From NCBI GenBank assembly GCA_030704615.1, contig CM060733.1, positions 54,064,001 through 54,128,000 on the forward strand: DNA of 64,000 bases. Reading direction: 5' to 3'. Both the position numbers and the translations under genes were made by a program. How positions within the stretch are numbered: the stretch's first letter is position 1; each line of letters starts with the position of its first letter. The stretch comes from Takakia lepidozioides. Taxonomy: Eukaryota > Plantae > Bryophyta. The notes under the pieces were generated by a model. The model did no database searches, was not told the DNA's origin, and saw nothing but the letters and a program-made list of their open reading frames with translations. Of the stretch, positions 13,556-26,653 are shown one piece after another.

Positions 13556-16018
13556 TGCACAGAGCATTTGTAGGACTTCTAATTTATTACATGGATTTTC
13601 TAGAACTTGATTCCAGTTGGTCACAGAACAGTAGGGTAAATGCCTGCCACAATATTGTGAGTCAGGCCCAAGAGTACCGTCACCTTAACAAAACTAGTTA
13701 GGTTACTGCAACACATAAATCAACACACGACATGTGATCAAGATTTTGGCCCGACCCAGTTACACTAGCTACGACTTCACGCAGTGCCAAGCTGCCGGTG
13801 CCCTCTGGGGATATTTTAGATCTTCAAACCCCCAACTGAACTCTCTATACTTCGAACAGCTCAAGATTTTGTTCAAGTACTTCATAGATAGAGACTGAGA
13901 TATCAGTGTATAAATCATGTTACAAACATTTCATGGTCACATCAGTCTGCTCACCCTGTCTCAGAGGCGGCTGCAGGGGAGTTTTAGGTTACTACTCAAA
14001 TTTTTAACTTCTCCTTTCCGTTATCGCATTCTAGAAAGACGTCGTACAAAGACTGATAGACTTGTGATTATCCATCTTAACTCAAAATGGTTAAACTGAT
14101 CAGCTTTTGCGTGACTTCAGGATCAATCCAGGCTGAACAAGGTGAAATTATGGTTCTTTCTGAAAAAGAGAATGACTACATGCGCTACATGCGTCATTCA
14201 AGTATGGTCGTTAGTAGGTTAATTAGACTGTGTGAAGCACCCTGGGACAGGATGCTATACCTCCGGTCAAACCCTTTCAGTCGTGTCCCGTAACTTGTAA
14301 GGTCCTTGGACTTACTAAAGTTTCGTTCTTTCATGGATGATCGTCCAAAGCAGAATTTTAGTTGAGCCAGTTGGACTGCCGTGGTTCAACCAGTCCTACT
14401 GGAATATTCGGAAGAGTCGGATTAAAACCAGATTTTCTCGAGCGTCATCATTTAAGCCAACTCTCCAGCAAAACAAACATTCCGAACTGAATTTGCTGCT
14501 AGGTGCAACAACAGTGAGGAGTCGAGGAGGAATCCATGGCACCCAGCTGGGGAGAGTTTGACTGCTAGAAATTCAATGATGAAAGAGGGTCCAACATTCA
14601 GTCACAACGAGAAACTTCAATCCAATCCAGTTTTCCCTAAATAACAAATATTTCACTCATCACAATAATGGCATCACACAATTGAGCTCACTGTCGTATC
14701 TACCATGACGTGTGTGAAACTTGTTACATGAAGTTTCTCTCTCAAGATTACATCATGAAGAAAGAAATTAGGACTCGACCGGAACTCATAGCTTTTAAAA
14801 CCTAGTTCAAGTTCTGAGTTGACAAAGTTCGAATTGCACTGAAGATCACTGTTGTTGGCAGCATTGGCCTAAACTAGTATGGACAAGATTATTAATCACA
14901 CGGGAACTAAGAGATCGTGAAAGGCAGCAAGCGAGCGATTGTCTTTCACCTACCAAGGGTTTTCAGAACTAAACTGGATCCGAACATGTTTTGCGGTTAA
15001 ACTCTTGGAGCATGCCTTTTCGCTGTTTAGCTAAACTCTTGGTGCTAGAGAGGTGTTGTACTAACGACAACTTTTAAAAGCCAAGATGGAATGAGTTATT
15101 GGATTCGTAAGTGTTCGGAAAGGGTGCAACCTCTTGTTATCTTGAGGTGGGTTTCTATATCTCCAATACCTTGGTAGATTATAAGAGAGTTCAAAGAAAG
15201 TCTTGCAAGCGAGAAAAAGAGAGTTTGTGAGTAGAATACTCACCCAAATGGACATGTACCATAAATAGAAGAGGAATTCGTCACAAACTAAACACGGTTC
15301 AACAAAAATCAGCACTATTGAACAGGTGGGAACTCTTGACATGGCCAAGCATAGGACCATAGATGCAAGACTTGAACATATTGTGGGGATGATCTATCAA
15401 TTGGATTCTCCTTGCCAAAATCATGGTTTTTGCTGTAGAGGAGTGCGCCTCAATGAACATTCGCATGACAATACTTAATGAGCACTAGTACCTTACTAGC
15501 TGGCCCAGAATTATGAACTTATAACTTCTCGTCATGCATTGCATCTCTATCTAGTCAGACATTCGTAGATACTGTGAGAATGCACTGACCGTGACTAGCA
15601 ACACCTCATCAGTCAATCTATAGACTATATTTTGAGACCAAATTTATTATAAGACTCAGGGAAAGCAAGTTTTACAACAAAGGTTAGCTGGTCGCAGTAA
15701 CCAACTGTGATCTCAGCAAAGTGCAATGGTAAATCATCCAGATCACAAATTATCAAGCATTTATGAGACTTGCTATTACGGTGGGACACCTACAAACCTA
15801 TGTTATACGTCTCCTACCTGCGCGATTGAGGACTGAGCAGCACTTCTGCTTCGCTCTCTCATATGCAGTCTGATTTAGTTAACTAACTTGGAGATGAGGA
15901 GTTCTTTACGTGTAAACTTTATATATCCAGGCGGTACGCTCTAAATTACAGTATAAGCTTTCGGTTTCTGAGTCTAGCACACACTCAAATCTTACTAGGG
16001 GACTTATTTGCACGAAAC

Positions 16019-17140
16019 ATGAGTGATCAACAATGTGGTGCCGAGCCTGGTGAGAGTGGGTGGGATATGCGAAGTAAGGTTGGTGAGTGGGACCCAAAAT
16101 GTAAATCGGCAGGACCCTGCAGAGTGTCAAGGTGTGGTAGTCGACCCACTCAGTCGCCCCTGTCCTTCGACCTTTCTTTGAAATTAGAGTCTTGGGACTC
16201 AGATGTGGCTGATCCATGCCCCCAGTTGGCCGGTGAGAGTGGAGGCACTTGGGTGGCTTCCGGCATACATGGGGGGCCTGTGGGAAAAGCACCCATTTTT
16301 ACCATGGACTTGGCCCCATGTGACGATCCAGGATCGCCACCATCGCCGACGTCACCTAGGGTTCGCATTGTTCCCAGTGTGTCCAAGAAATTGGTGTTGG
16401 CTAGCCGTGACAAAGAGTCCCTACTTGAGGAAATCATAGATCTAAAGCGCGCTATCTTTGACCAGCAACAACACATCCGGCACCATAAGATCCAAGCATC
16501 TATTGTTGAGATAGAGAATAGGAAGATGATAAGAGATATTGAGGATATGGAAAAACCAAACTGCACGTCGAAATCTACACGACCACAAGGTACAGTCCGA
16601 TTGCGTACCAAAATTCAAGGTCTCAAGAACAAGATTGGTGGTTTGCAAGCTCGATCTGAAGTCCAGAGTGGAGAAATTCACAGACTACGGTCAGACGCAC
16701 GCGCAACACACACCAGAGAAATCGAGTTTGAAAGAAATGTTTTTGCTGGAGAGATTAGCAGGTTGAGTATGCTTGTAAAGCGCTTGAAAGGCATGTGCAA
16801 CCATGCTGCATCCTTGGAGAAGAGAGAGGACATTGGTCCAATGACTGAAAAAGCACGACAACTGGAAGTTGAGAATGAGCGCCTCGAAGATGAGAGAGAT
16901 ACAGCAGAGAAAGAGCTAGAAAAAGTAGAACACAATCTCAGATTGAATCGGGGCAGGGCCAACGAGCATATCATGGAGGCTAAAACCTTTGAGAAGAAAT
17001 GCAAGGACATGGAGCAGAAAAACATCAGACTGGCGGGTGCCATTGAGAGAACGAAGAAACAAAACAAACTCTTGGCCAAAAAACTGAGGAAGACGGAGAA
17101 AGCCTACAAGAAAGCAAAGAAGAGAGGAAGATTTACCTAG
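16019..17140 (+). CDS. Intronless coiled-coil protein resembling the N-terminal conserved region of IQCE (ciliary protein)
   Basis: Open 373-aa ATG-initiated ORF. The segment RDKESLLEEIIDLKRAI...ENRKMIRDIE...IQGLKNKIGGLQ...EIHRLRSDARATHTREIEFERNVFAGEISRL aligns by eye with the recalled IQCE region REKEDMYDEIIELKKSL...ENSRKDRQIE...INGLKQRILKLE...TISKLQTDMKTTNLEEMRIAMETYYEEVHRL. Confidence 0.7.
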   Translation: MSDQQCGAEPGESGWDMRSKVGEWDPKCKSAGPCRVSRCGSRPTQSPLSFDLSLKLESWDSDVADPCPQLAGESGGTWVASGIHGGPVGKAPIFTMDLAPCDDPGSPPSPTSPRVRIVPSVSKKLVLASRDKESLLEEIIDLKRAIFDQQQHIRHHKIQASIVEIENRKMIRDIEDMEKPNCTSKSTRPQGTVRLRTKIQGLKNKIGGLQARSEVQSGEIHRLRSDARATHTREIEFERNVFAGEISRLSMLVKRLKGMCNHAASLEKREDIGPMTEKARQLEVENERLEDERDTAEKELEKVEHNLRLNRGRANEHIMEAKTFEKKCKDMEQKNIRLAGAIERTKKQNKLLAKKLRKTEKAYKKAKKRGRFT

Positions 17141-17304
17141 TCCATAGCATCTCCTCACTGGAGGACTTATGGTGCATCCTTTCTCAACTAATAAATATAT
17201 TACTTATATTACTCTCCTTCTAACTTTATATAAATAATGCAGAAGCTATAGAAGTGGTCATTGTTATTAGTAGTAGGACCCTATTTTTAATTAAATGTTA
17301 TTGC

Positions 17305-17490
17305 GATTTTGCTCCATTGATGAGTAGAGCCCTGAGTGCCACCCAGGTGGTTCCAGGTTCAAATCCTGCTACCTTGTCGGGTGTGTCATGATGTTCTCCC
17401 CCCTTTCCTTGGGCGGTGTCCCTTAAGCCTTGTGTGCTCGGCCCCTCATGGCAAGGTTATTTTCTCCCTCACTGTAATGAAGGGGTCTGA
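17305..17490 (+). mobile_element. tRNA-derived SINE, family A copy 3 (3'-truncated)
   Basis: ctgagtgccacccaggtggttccaggttcaaatcctgc, cctcatggc, ttattttctccctcactgtaat and aggggtctga match copy 1. Confidence 0.7.
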
Positions 17491-17511
17491 GCGACCAGGC
17501 TACTCATTTGA

Positions 17512-17775
17512 CAACCAAGTTGTAGCCCAGTGGTAATGGGCACATACCACCTCGGAAGTGGTTGTGGGTTTAGATCCACCAATTGGTGTCACAAAGGTGT
17601 CGGCCCTTCCTGCTGGAAGGCAGTAACCCTTGGGGTCCAGAGACACCATAATTTACACTTCCTTGGGGAGGCGTCATATATACATATATATATATCCTCT
17701 CATTATAGTGAAGGCCGATTTGTGAGCGACCTAAGGGCAAGGGCACTCGTCCGGATTCCTATGATGGGAAAAAAA
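17512..17775 (+). mobile_element. Second SINE-like unit abutting copy 3
   Basis: Box A tgtagcccagtggt, degenerate Box B gggtttagatcc, 3' core ggccgatttgtgagcg and an A-rich end. Confidence 0.5.
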
Positions 17776-19953
17776 GAGAGGAGGTAAGTAGGTTGTAGGT
17801 AGTCCCAAAAGTCCTCAGATGGAGGCCAGGTGCATGCACAGAGGATAATTCATAGTACTGCACTTGATGGAAAATGATACAGTACAAATATTAAATATTC
17901 ATTGCTGGCTGGGTGCAAATGTCCTCTCCTAGTAGTCAATTAAATTGTCCGCTGTAATGTTAAGAGTTCCTCTCAGATAATGAAAAAAACGAAGGGGGAA
18001 AAAACTAGATGTCCGTCCACATATTGTTCACCTTATTAGACTCTCCGCATGAAAAAGCAAATGAAAACATGAATGCATTAGTGGGTTAACCCACTCAGTC
18101 ATCATTGTGTACATCAGTTTATTTTGTGTGACAGCAACCTTAAGCCTTTCCCTCCAGTTTACATCCACCTCCAGATCATCCACATGAGGGGGAAAGGAGA
18201 GTGAGACTTCCATGCTCCTAGATATCATCAAATATTCCAGAGAGTTCGCATGTGAGCTTCCCCTTTCTATCAGGAGAGGTACTTTCAAACTTATGGCTAA
18301 GTAGACAAGGCAGGCGGATTCCAACGACCCTTTTGTTTCCTAATTCACTTGAAGAAATTACTCTCTTTGAGCTAAGCTGATATGAAAATGAAATGGATTC
18401 TTAATGTACTAATGGCCCATATCTTCCTGTCTGTACAAAGTGATTCTCAGTTCAGAACTGCTAACCATAATTAGCCCATTGCACAGCTGAAGGCCTGCCA
18501 ACTGAACCCCCAGCCACAGACTGACTTTCAGTCACTAAGAAATAATATCCACTCCAGGGTCTCCAATTTGCTGATGTGGGGCACCCAAATTGCAAGGTAT
18601 AGTCACGGCAATTGGGCTCTCATCTGGGTGCCATCCAATCCAGTACTTTCTGGTGTTTTACCCCACAAACAACTTGCTTGATCTGGAAGGCTACTTCCCC
18701 CAGCCCTTTTGTCCTTGTGGAAGTAAGTACAGCAGGTCACACAAACAACACTGAATACATTCACTTGTAGGTTGAAACATGATCTTAAAATGTAGTTTGC
18801 TATGGAAGAGAACTGCCTACCACATTGTTATGCAGCCAGGGACTTGACTACCAGTGGTGCTACAGCTTCAGGCTCTGAGTGTCGGCCAGAGTGCCCCAAG
18901 TTTTCCCCAACAGAAACTGCTCCGTGGCCTCCATTGCCGTAGGCAGGTTCAGACATTGCTGGGCCCCATAAGGCACCTGTGCTGTGCCCAAGACACAACT
19001 GCCTGAGATAGTCCATTCCTCAATAAAAGATGCTCTGTGGACATACACAACCAAACTTGGGAACCACAGGTTCACTTTTTGTAACTTTATGCCACTCATG
19101 GTATTTGCATTTAGTAGTGTAAATCAAGAGTTGACAAAAACACAGAGGAATAACTGTGATATAACTCAAGGGAGTAGCAGGGCCAAATAGCACAGAAAAA
19201 AGAACCCAGCGGGCAACCCATTGCCATGGATAGAATGTCACTTCCCAAGACACCCCACCCTTGACCCCTGCCAAGATGACAGACACAGAAAAGCAAGATC
19301 AAGATGGTCCAGGGATCAAAGCATTGAGTTCACACAATAGCACTGTTGCAGTCAAATAACAAGAAGTAAGTGAACTGCTCTACTTGCTTTCCATTTGTGA
19401 GAATTGACCCTTATCTTTGTGACATTTGAGAGTCCAAAGAATCATGCGACGCACAGTCGACGCAGTTGAGCTGAATGTTTACTGAATCCTGTATATTTTG
19501 CACAGGGAAACCAAAGTCTGGCTTTCCAAAGAGAACTTTTCGCATCCATCTCTTCCCCATTTTTCCCAGGCATCCGTCTTTTTCTCTCAGCAGGTCATCA
19601 AACTACTTGTGTTGATGGCCATAACGATACAAAGAGCACCCCCACCCCAAAAGATCTCTCTTGCCCCCCTAATTAATCAATTTGCTTTGACTCCAACTCC
19701 CTCTTGCTTGAACTGGTCATGACGATAACATGACTGAAAGACTAGGCAAATGCGCCAACCACCATCTTTGCAGCCCCTACATAACCACACATATCAACCT
19801 CAACAACACATTCCAACAGAGGCTTATGCCCCAAGACACCTCAGAATCTACCAATAAAACCTCTCTAAAGCAAAATCCGAACCCTAGCTGAATGATTGTC
19901 TTTGAGCCATCTAGTCAGGATCAAGCAACAAACAGTGGGAGTCCCCCCACCCT

Positions 19954-22900
19954 CTATTCCTTACCATTTTCAAAATAACATGAAAGGGGTAATGGCCCGT
20001 TGGCCTCCCCATCACTATGGCTTTTGCTACTGGATGAGCTTAGCGAGCGCTTCCTTCGTGTTTTGTGCTTCTCCTTCCTCTCTCGTTTATCTTTTCTGGA
20101 TTTGCGCTTCTCACGCTCTTTTCGCCGCTCATCATCACTGCTTGAGCTTTCTGACTCAGACTCCGACTCACTCCTCGTACGCCGTTTCTTTGATGATCTC
20201 TGCCAACATTTAAAACGATAAGGCCCTTGTATCCAACATTTCCATCCATTTCTCTCTGGACTATTGTCCACATATTTCAATACATAAATTGGCTTGAGGC
20301 TCTATGAGCATCCCATCCCAGGGAAGAACTATCCTTTCCATTGTGTTTAGATAGTCAACATTTAATATTTCAATGACCCTTCAATGAGTGAATATAAACA
20401 GTCCAACTGAGAAAAATACTAAGAGGCCTTGGAGGCCAATAGACGACTGAGGGTGTGCTGTCCAGAACTAAATGTGAGAATGTACTCATAAGACGTTGTT
20501 TGCCGTAGCCTTGTGGCACAGAGTGAGAGTCAGAGAGATAGAGAACCATCTGCTCTGAGCACCCGTGATGACACCTAAGTAGTCAATAAATATTTGGTTT
20601 TATGTTTTTTCAAGTGAACAGTTGATTCTCAACATATGAAGGTATAGAGGGAGATATAGACCAAAGTCATTAGACTTCACCACAAATAAGGGGAGGGAGG
20701 GAAGGAGGTAGTTAGAGAACCAACTTCAATTGCAGCACCCTGCAAACAGGTTGCAAGGTGGGAGCGAGGTAGAGAGATGGAGAGAGTGGGACAGGCAGGC
20801 CTGCAGATCACTACACAGCAGACATACAGCATGCTTACTTGATCAAGTGTGAGAGTTCACCATCATTAGAGCTATGCACAGAGTCCCTCACCTTCCTCTT
20901 TCTGGCACTCTTACTCTTGTCTTTGTCTTTGTCTTTGTCTTTATCCTTGTCCTTGTCCCTGTCTCGGTCTTTCTTTCCTGAGCCAACCCACCAAACACAA
21001 AATTCAGTCAGAAGAGCCAACTTGTGGAATGATAGGGCGCGATGTTACAAACTCATAAGCCACACTCCTAATTCGACATTAATGACATGTGTAGCACACA
21101 CTCAGGGTTTCTAATGTAAAAGTATCTGATTTACATCAATGACTACAGGTCAAAGTGCTAAAAAACCGCAAATGGTACCCTTGAATTCCTATTCAGATTG
21201 CAGACCATAGTTCTCAGCCCTGCAAATGAATGGAACGAGCAGGATCGAACCAAATGAAAGTTTGCAAGGATGTTCCTATATTTTCCAAGCTTTTCCTTTT
21301 GATTTCAAACTGCTAAAAACCTTCAAAATTTGTAGGCTTTTCCTATTTATATTACAGACCCCAAGTTCTCAGCCCAGCAAATGAAGTACATGTTTTATTC
21401 TGTGCGTCATACTAATCATGGATTGAACTCTATTGAAGTTTAAATGCAAATGAACGCTGACCTTTTTTAAGTTTGTCCCTTTTGTCCGCATGGTTGACCC
21501 CGCGTGCCAGCTTGCGTGCTCGTTCAGCATCCAGCTGCGCTCGATACTCCCGCATTAAACGGGCCTCATCGTCTTCAAGTTCTCCCTGCCTCTTCGCCTC
21601 TTCCTATAATTTTTGTTTTGAGCAATCAGACCAGGTCCAAGTCCTAGGTAGCTACATAAATGGTAACAAATATCACATGGCAGAACAGAGAATAATTTTG
21701 GTGAAGCTAATGATATAAACAACATACTTTAGTCAAAGGCTATCAGCTAGTCACATAAGCAGACAGTGTGGATGCATTGGCCTAACAAGTTATAGCACAT
21801 CCTGTTTGTCCTAACGATGCACATGCAATTTTCAAATGCTTAGTGAAACCCCTGGCCAGGATATTTGTGTAGCTTGTGACCTTCAAAAACATTGCTACAT
21901 TGCTCCTTCCAAGGATTGGCACTTCAATATGGTAACAGGATGTGCTACAAGTGGCCAGCTGCAATTTTGACCTGCCTACATGGGCTCTGGGCATGGTTAT
22001 CATAGACTTCAGGTTCCAAACGAGTCTACTGAACCCAAATGGACCCTAGATAATAACCGGCTCCAAAGTGCTTACGCACTGACGAGGCAGCCTAAAGGTT
22101 CACAGCTGCCAAATTAGGCAAATGCTTGATGCAAGATTGAGATGAATTTATTGACTCTGCAAGTTGATTACCCTGGTGCACAAAACCTTACATACCTTCT
22201 GACGCTCGTGATTAGATTAAATCCTGTTAAAGCAATCAGCATGTTTCCTCAATAAGGAGGCATGCTTCCTGGGTTTGAAGTTTTCTGCAGTTAATGGCTA
22301 CCTTACCGTACCGTGCTTCAAATCTCTGTGAGTTCACTTGCGGCAGGGCAAAAAAGACACCATACTGGCTGCCTGGTGCATCAATGCTAGTACAAACCAT
22401 TGCCACATAACATTGTCCCCCCACAATCACTTGGAAAATGTGGCAACAATGTCGCAAGAGACATGGAAAAAACCTAGTCCGCACCTTTTGCTTTTGCTTC
22501 CACTCTTCCCAGGTCACAGTATGTGATGTCTGAAGGCTGGCCAGACGCGCCGCATGCCACTCTGGTGAATGGAAAGATCCGTCCATCTGCGGCTGCCTTT
22601 GTCAGTAGCTCTTCCAACACTTCCTTCACCAGAAAGTCCATCTGCGGCCTAAAGCTGACTTCACTGCTTAACTCCTCTATCATTCTTAAGCAGAACCCCA
22701 TCCAGCATCAAACATGACAGAGAAGTGCGTTGGATTTTTTTTTCTCTCTCTCTGTCCCTCTTTATCGCCCCCTCTCGATCAGCAGTGAAAACACAGGCAC
22801 ATTTGTCAAGTCTGCATTTAGATAGAGAAAAAGCTACAAAAAAAGCCAAGACCTCAACGTCATGTGAATGCGAGTCTATAACTGACTAGTCATCTGCCAT

Positions 22901-23294
22901 ACACGACCGCTAAGCTAATTTCCTAACTCCTGGAAGATTAACATCTATGCCCTTAAGGCTCCGTTGAAGCGAACGTTCGCGACAAATGCGAAGGAAGAGA
23001 AATCGCATGAGACAAGTACACAGGGGATTCATCTTCATAATATGCTTTTGAAATCGTTCGAGTGGAGGCGTGAGGAATGTGAGAGACGGCTTGGAACTCA
23101 TCTGAATCTCCCTATCCTAGAAGGACTTAAATACCCACTTTAAGAATGCATGCAAAAAACAAGAAAATATCAGACAACGAGGGAGGAGGAATACACACCA
23201 TTCCATCCTCGATTTCCTCCCCAGGAGCGCCGGTGGCGGTGTGCGAGGACATCTTCGCCCTTTGCATAGCCTTGTATGCCTGATTCTTCCCCAT
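19954..23294 (-). CDS. Conserved plant FAM133-like Lys/Ser/Glu-rich protein; exons 23294-23199, 22586-22485, 21603-21462, 20977-20892, 20199-19954 (~223 aa)
   Basis: MGKNQAYKAMQRA...EDGM|MDGSFHSPEWHAARLASLQTSHTVTWEEWKQKQK|EEAKRQGELEDDEARLMREYRAQLDAERARKLARG...GPLPLSCYF. All introns are GT-AG and the phases close. Confidence 0.88.
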
Positions 23295-24330
23295 GGCTTC
23301 CGCTCTTAACACCACCAATAATCCTACGGCCCCCTCTTGCAAACCACCACAAAAAATTCCAGCCTTGCGATTTGAATTCTCCAACGCTGCCGTCTATGGA
23401 CTTCCCACAAATCTCCCCGCCTTCGTCATCAAATACACAGCAACAACGCCCTGAATTTATGAAGCAAAACAACACCAGACGGATACATAGGCCCTAATTC
23501 CCGGGGTTACAGCAGAATCTGACACCAAGCCCTAAAAGGATCCTTAAGAAGCTTAACTCACATACAAAAGCATGCGATGATGGAACCCACCACACTCTCA
23601 ATGGGTTCATAGAAAATCATGCGTGTCACCAAGACTAAGATCCCCAACGCAGGAAATTTATCCGTGAGAGCGAGCTATGGCCAGAAGCTGCAGAGCACGA
23701 GATTGCAACCACCCCTTCGTTTCAGCCAAACACAGGCTTTCTGTTTTTGCAGGAGGCAGCTATCAGCAACACATATCCCACTGGCAGGCCATGTGATCCT
23801 GGGTTCAACCTTCAGTATGCAACCACCCAACCACCCATCCACTCCTACTTTTTCTACCACTGATTTGCTGTTGGGTGCACCCAGTTTGGGTATTTTTTTT
23901 TATTCTCCGGGTGGGTCAGCTACCATACCTTAGGCCAGGGGGGCGGTTAGGAGATAAATAACTTATACTAGGTCAGTATGAATTTACTAAAACACTGCAA
24001 CCAAACCATCACCAACTTACCCTTTGACTCCCTATTTGGTCCAGGCTTAGTACCACTTTTAAAAAATGATAGAAATTCAGTGTAGAAAATGATTGCGATA
24101 TTACGATGATTTAGGTGGGGGACTGAGCCTGCACTGAGTTAGGGGATTTCCGGTTGCCTGGCAAGGCTCATGTGAACCTAGGTTTGTGGGCCTAATTCCG
24201 CGGAAGACAAACCCATAACGCAAGAATGAGTCCCACGTACGGGAGGATAACAACAGAAGAAGAAGAGAAACATAACCAAAATTGCAACATTGAATGAGAT
24301 ATAATTCTAAGCAAGTTGAAAAGAAGCAAG

Positions 24331-24552
24331 AGAAAACAACATAAACTGCTCACACAAAATTAGGAAGCCAATGAATGGACAAAATACAATGGATAGACTT
24401 AAAAAATACCATACATTTAGACCACCCCATCCAAAGGAAGAAAACAACAGAAACTGCTCACACAAAACTGGGAAGCTACTGAATTTAATGGGCAGAATTT
24501 GACGGACATAAATTAAAAGCACCACAAATTTAGACCACCGTCCAAAAGGAAG
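24331..24552 (+). repeat. ~108-bp imperfect tandem duplication
   Basis: agaaaacaac(a/ag)aaactgctcacacaaaa...atttagaccacc...tcc(a)aaaggaag occurs twice in tandem. Confidence 0.75.
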
Positions 24553-24554
24553 AC

Positions 24555-25900
24555 CATTGGACCTCCTCAAGTTTCTGTTGGAATCCACATATTTGTAGAT
24601 GAAGTCATCAACAACAGGGTCACATTTGTCATCAAGGAATCCCCCCACCGTGAATCTACAACTCCTCCATATAGGCAAGACTGGAAGAGCATGAGAACCT
24701 TGACAAGACAAAAACACCTCAATTGCACTTGTCTGCAAGACAATGCACACAAACAGTGAGAATTATTTGACGAAGAATCATTCCCACAATGGTATTTGCA
24801 AACAAGAAATACAAATCTAGCATATTTAGTGTGAGATGTTTATCTTCTGAGTAGGATAGTCTTCATTTATCAGATACAAGCTATTGGCGTAGTTCCAAGT
24901 TTTGATAATTTGGAGCCTAGACTTTTTTGAGGTAGCTGGCAAGCTCATGACGGGACTGTTCGCAGCTCGCGAGATGAGGAGAGCCCCAACATCTAAAAAG
25001 AAGAACTTGGCAAATGAAAATACCCAACGCCAATAACGCTCGTCATGAGCATTCCAACTAGACACAACATCCGTTGATGCAATGTTAGGAACTGACATGT
25101 CATCTAGGATATCAAAAATAATGAAATCTGCTGCAAAGGGCTTCTCAGCACCATTCACCGAAGCCAGACCTTTGTTTGTCTACCGAAACCAAAAAATACA
25201 AAAATCGGAGCCAAAAACTTAACAAACGTGTCATCATGTCATGACCTAACAAGAAACAAAGTGGTCAATTCAATGTCAACATGACATGGTTGTTAGAGAT
25301 TACCATGGTGAGGAATGTACAAAGGGTTTCCCATGTGGAAGAAAAATGACCGGTAAAATTTGATTTACGAGACTCCATCATAGACTGAAAACTCTCATTG
25401 ACAGCTTTATGCTGGCATTGCGACAACATTATGGAATGATACAGATATGCATCGTAGGGAAGAGTCGAATCGTTCTTCCCTTGTTTCTTCTTCTTCACCC
25501 GAACAGTGCCTTGTACAACATGTGGTGCTAGCTGCTCTTCTTGATCAATAGTCTTATTGCCCTTCCCTGTAAGTCTCTCTCGTATGGTCTTTAGTGGAGT
25601 CGGTTGCGTCGGTGGCTATTTCGCATTTAGAGAGAAATGGGTGTACTTTGGGTGGACACTCCACGGTATAACAACCCACAGCTGTTAAAATGAACCCGTC
25701 CCCAGTCTCTTAGCTGGATATCAGCCGTGTACATGGTCGTATCCAAAGTAGGATCAGCCCACAGATCGATGAAGTCAGCTAGCTGGTGGTCACTCAAGAA
25801 TATTCTTGTAATCAGGACCCCTACGATGTATCTGCTAGAGTGTAGAAGGATATGAGATTTGAAAAGGAAAGAACGACAGAGACCATACAATAGTTACAAT
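24555..25900 (-). pseudogene. Decayed multi-exon gene with a beta-class N6A/N4C DNA amino-methyltransferase-like domain (probably transposon cargo)
   Basis: ADFIIFDI(L)DD...SWNAHDERYWRWVFSFAKFFFLDVGALLI...RLQIIKTWN follows the DLI..DPPY...W....Y..W......L...G.L.I...GF.....W layout. The next exon has DDFIYKYVD...LRRSNGLP. It carries frameshifts, stops and a donor mutated to AT near 24845. SAM-binding motif I was not found. Confidence 0.45.
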
Positions 25901-26653
25901 GTCGACCAAGCAAAAACAAAAGCCAATGCAAGGCTCTAAGGGAGTTGCAGTTGTTGTTGACCGTCATAGATCTTTTTGAGACCTCAGCCAATGCAGCAAA
26001 AAAACAAAATAACCAAGACATACAAAGCCCAAAGACCTCTACCTCTATGAAGAAGTAGAAATGCACAGCAAATAGGTCACATTTATGGACTATGCAAGAA
26101 GCTATATATTGCAGGGCTATAATAGAGCAGTGCAAATTCGGTCGTTCACATGTCTGCTTTACAACTTAAACATGGGAGAATAACCATGGCAGAGCTTCTC
26201 ATCATCTTTTTATATGAATGAATGACCGGACATAAAATAGCAGAGCTCCAACACCGACGTCTTTCCAATTCGAAACAAGGTTGAGCAGGCAAACATTGAT
26301 GTGGGAACCCACAAAGAACAAAACAATGGCAGACCTATACAAAAAAAGACAGTATTTGATATGTGTGCGGATTTCTAAAATTGACTAGTATAAGTAGCTG
26401 AGTAGTATGGTCATACAGACAGTTTGGCACGTGAGTGGTGATACGAAATTAAATTGATAAGGGGCATGCCCCACCTACAGTTAGTGCTCCCAATAGTTAG
26501 TGTCTCACCAGTTAGTCTTAACTGAATTTAGTGCCCCACTCACAGTTGACACTAAAAAGAGAATCACTAATTGGAGAACTTAAATATAATAGTGCCCCAC
26601 TAGGATATCAGTTAGTGCCATGTTTGTGTGGCGATTCTCAACCATGTAGAGCA

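Noticed and set aside
16150-17158. Antisense ORFs overlapping the coiled-coil gene (and similar shadows over the kinase, GT14 and PPR)
   Set aside because: These are reverse-frame shadows of real coding sequence with no independent motifs.
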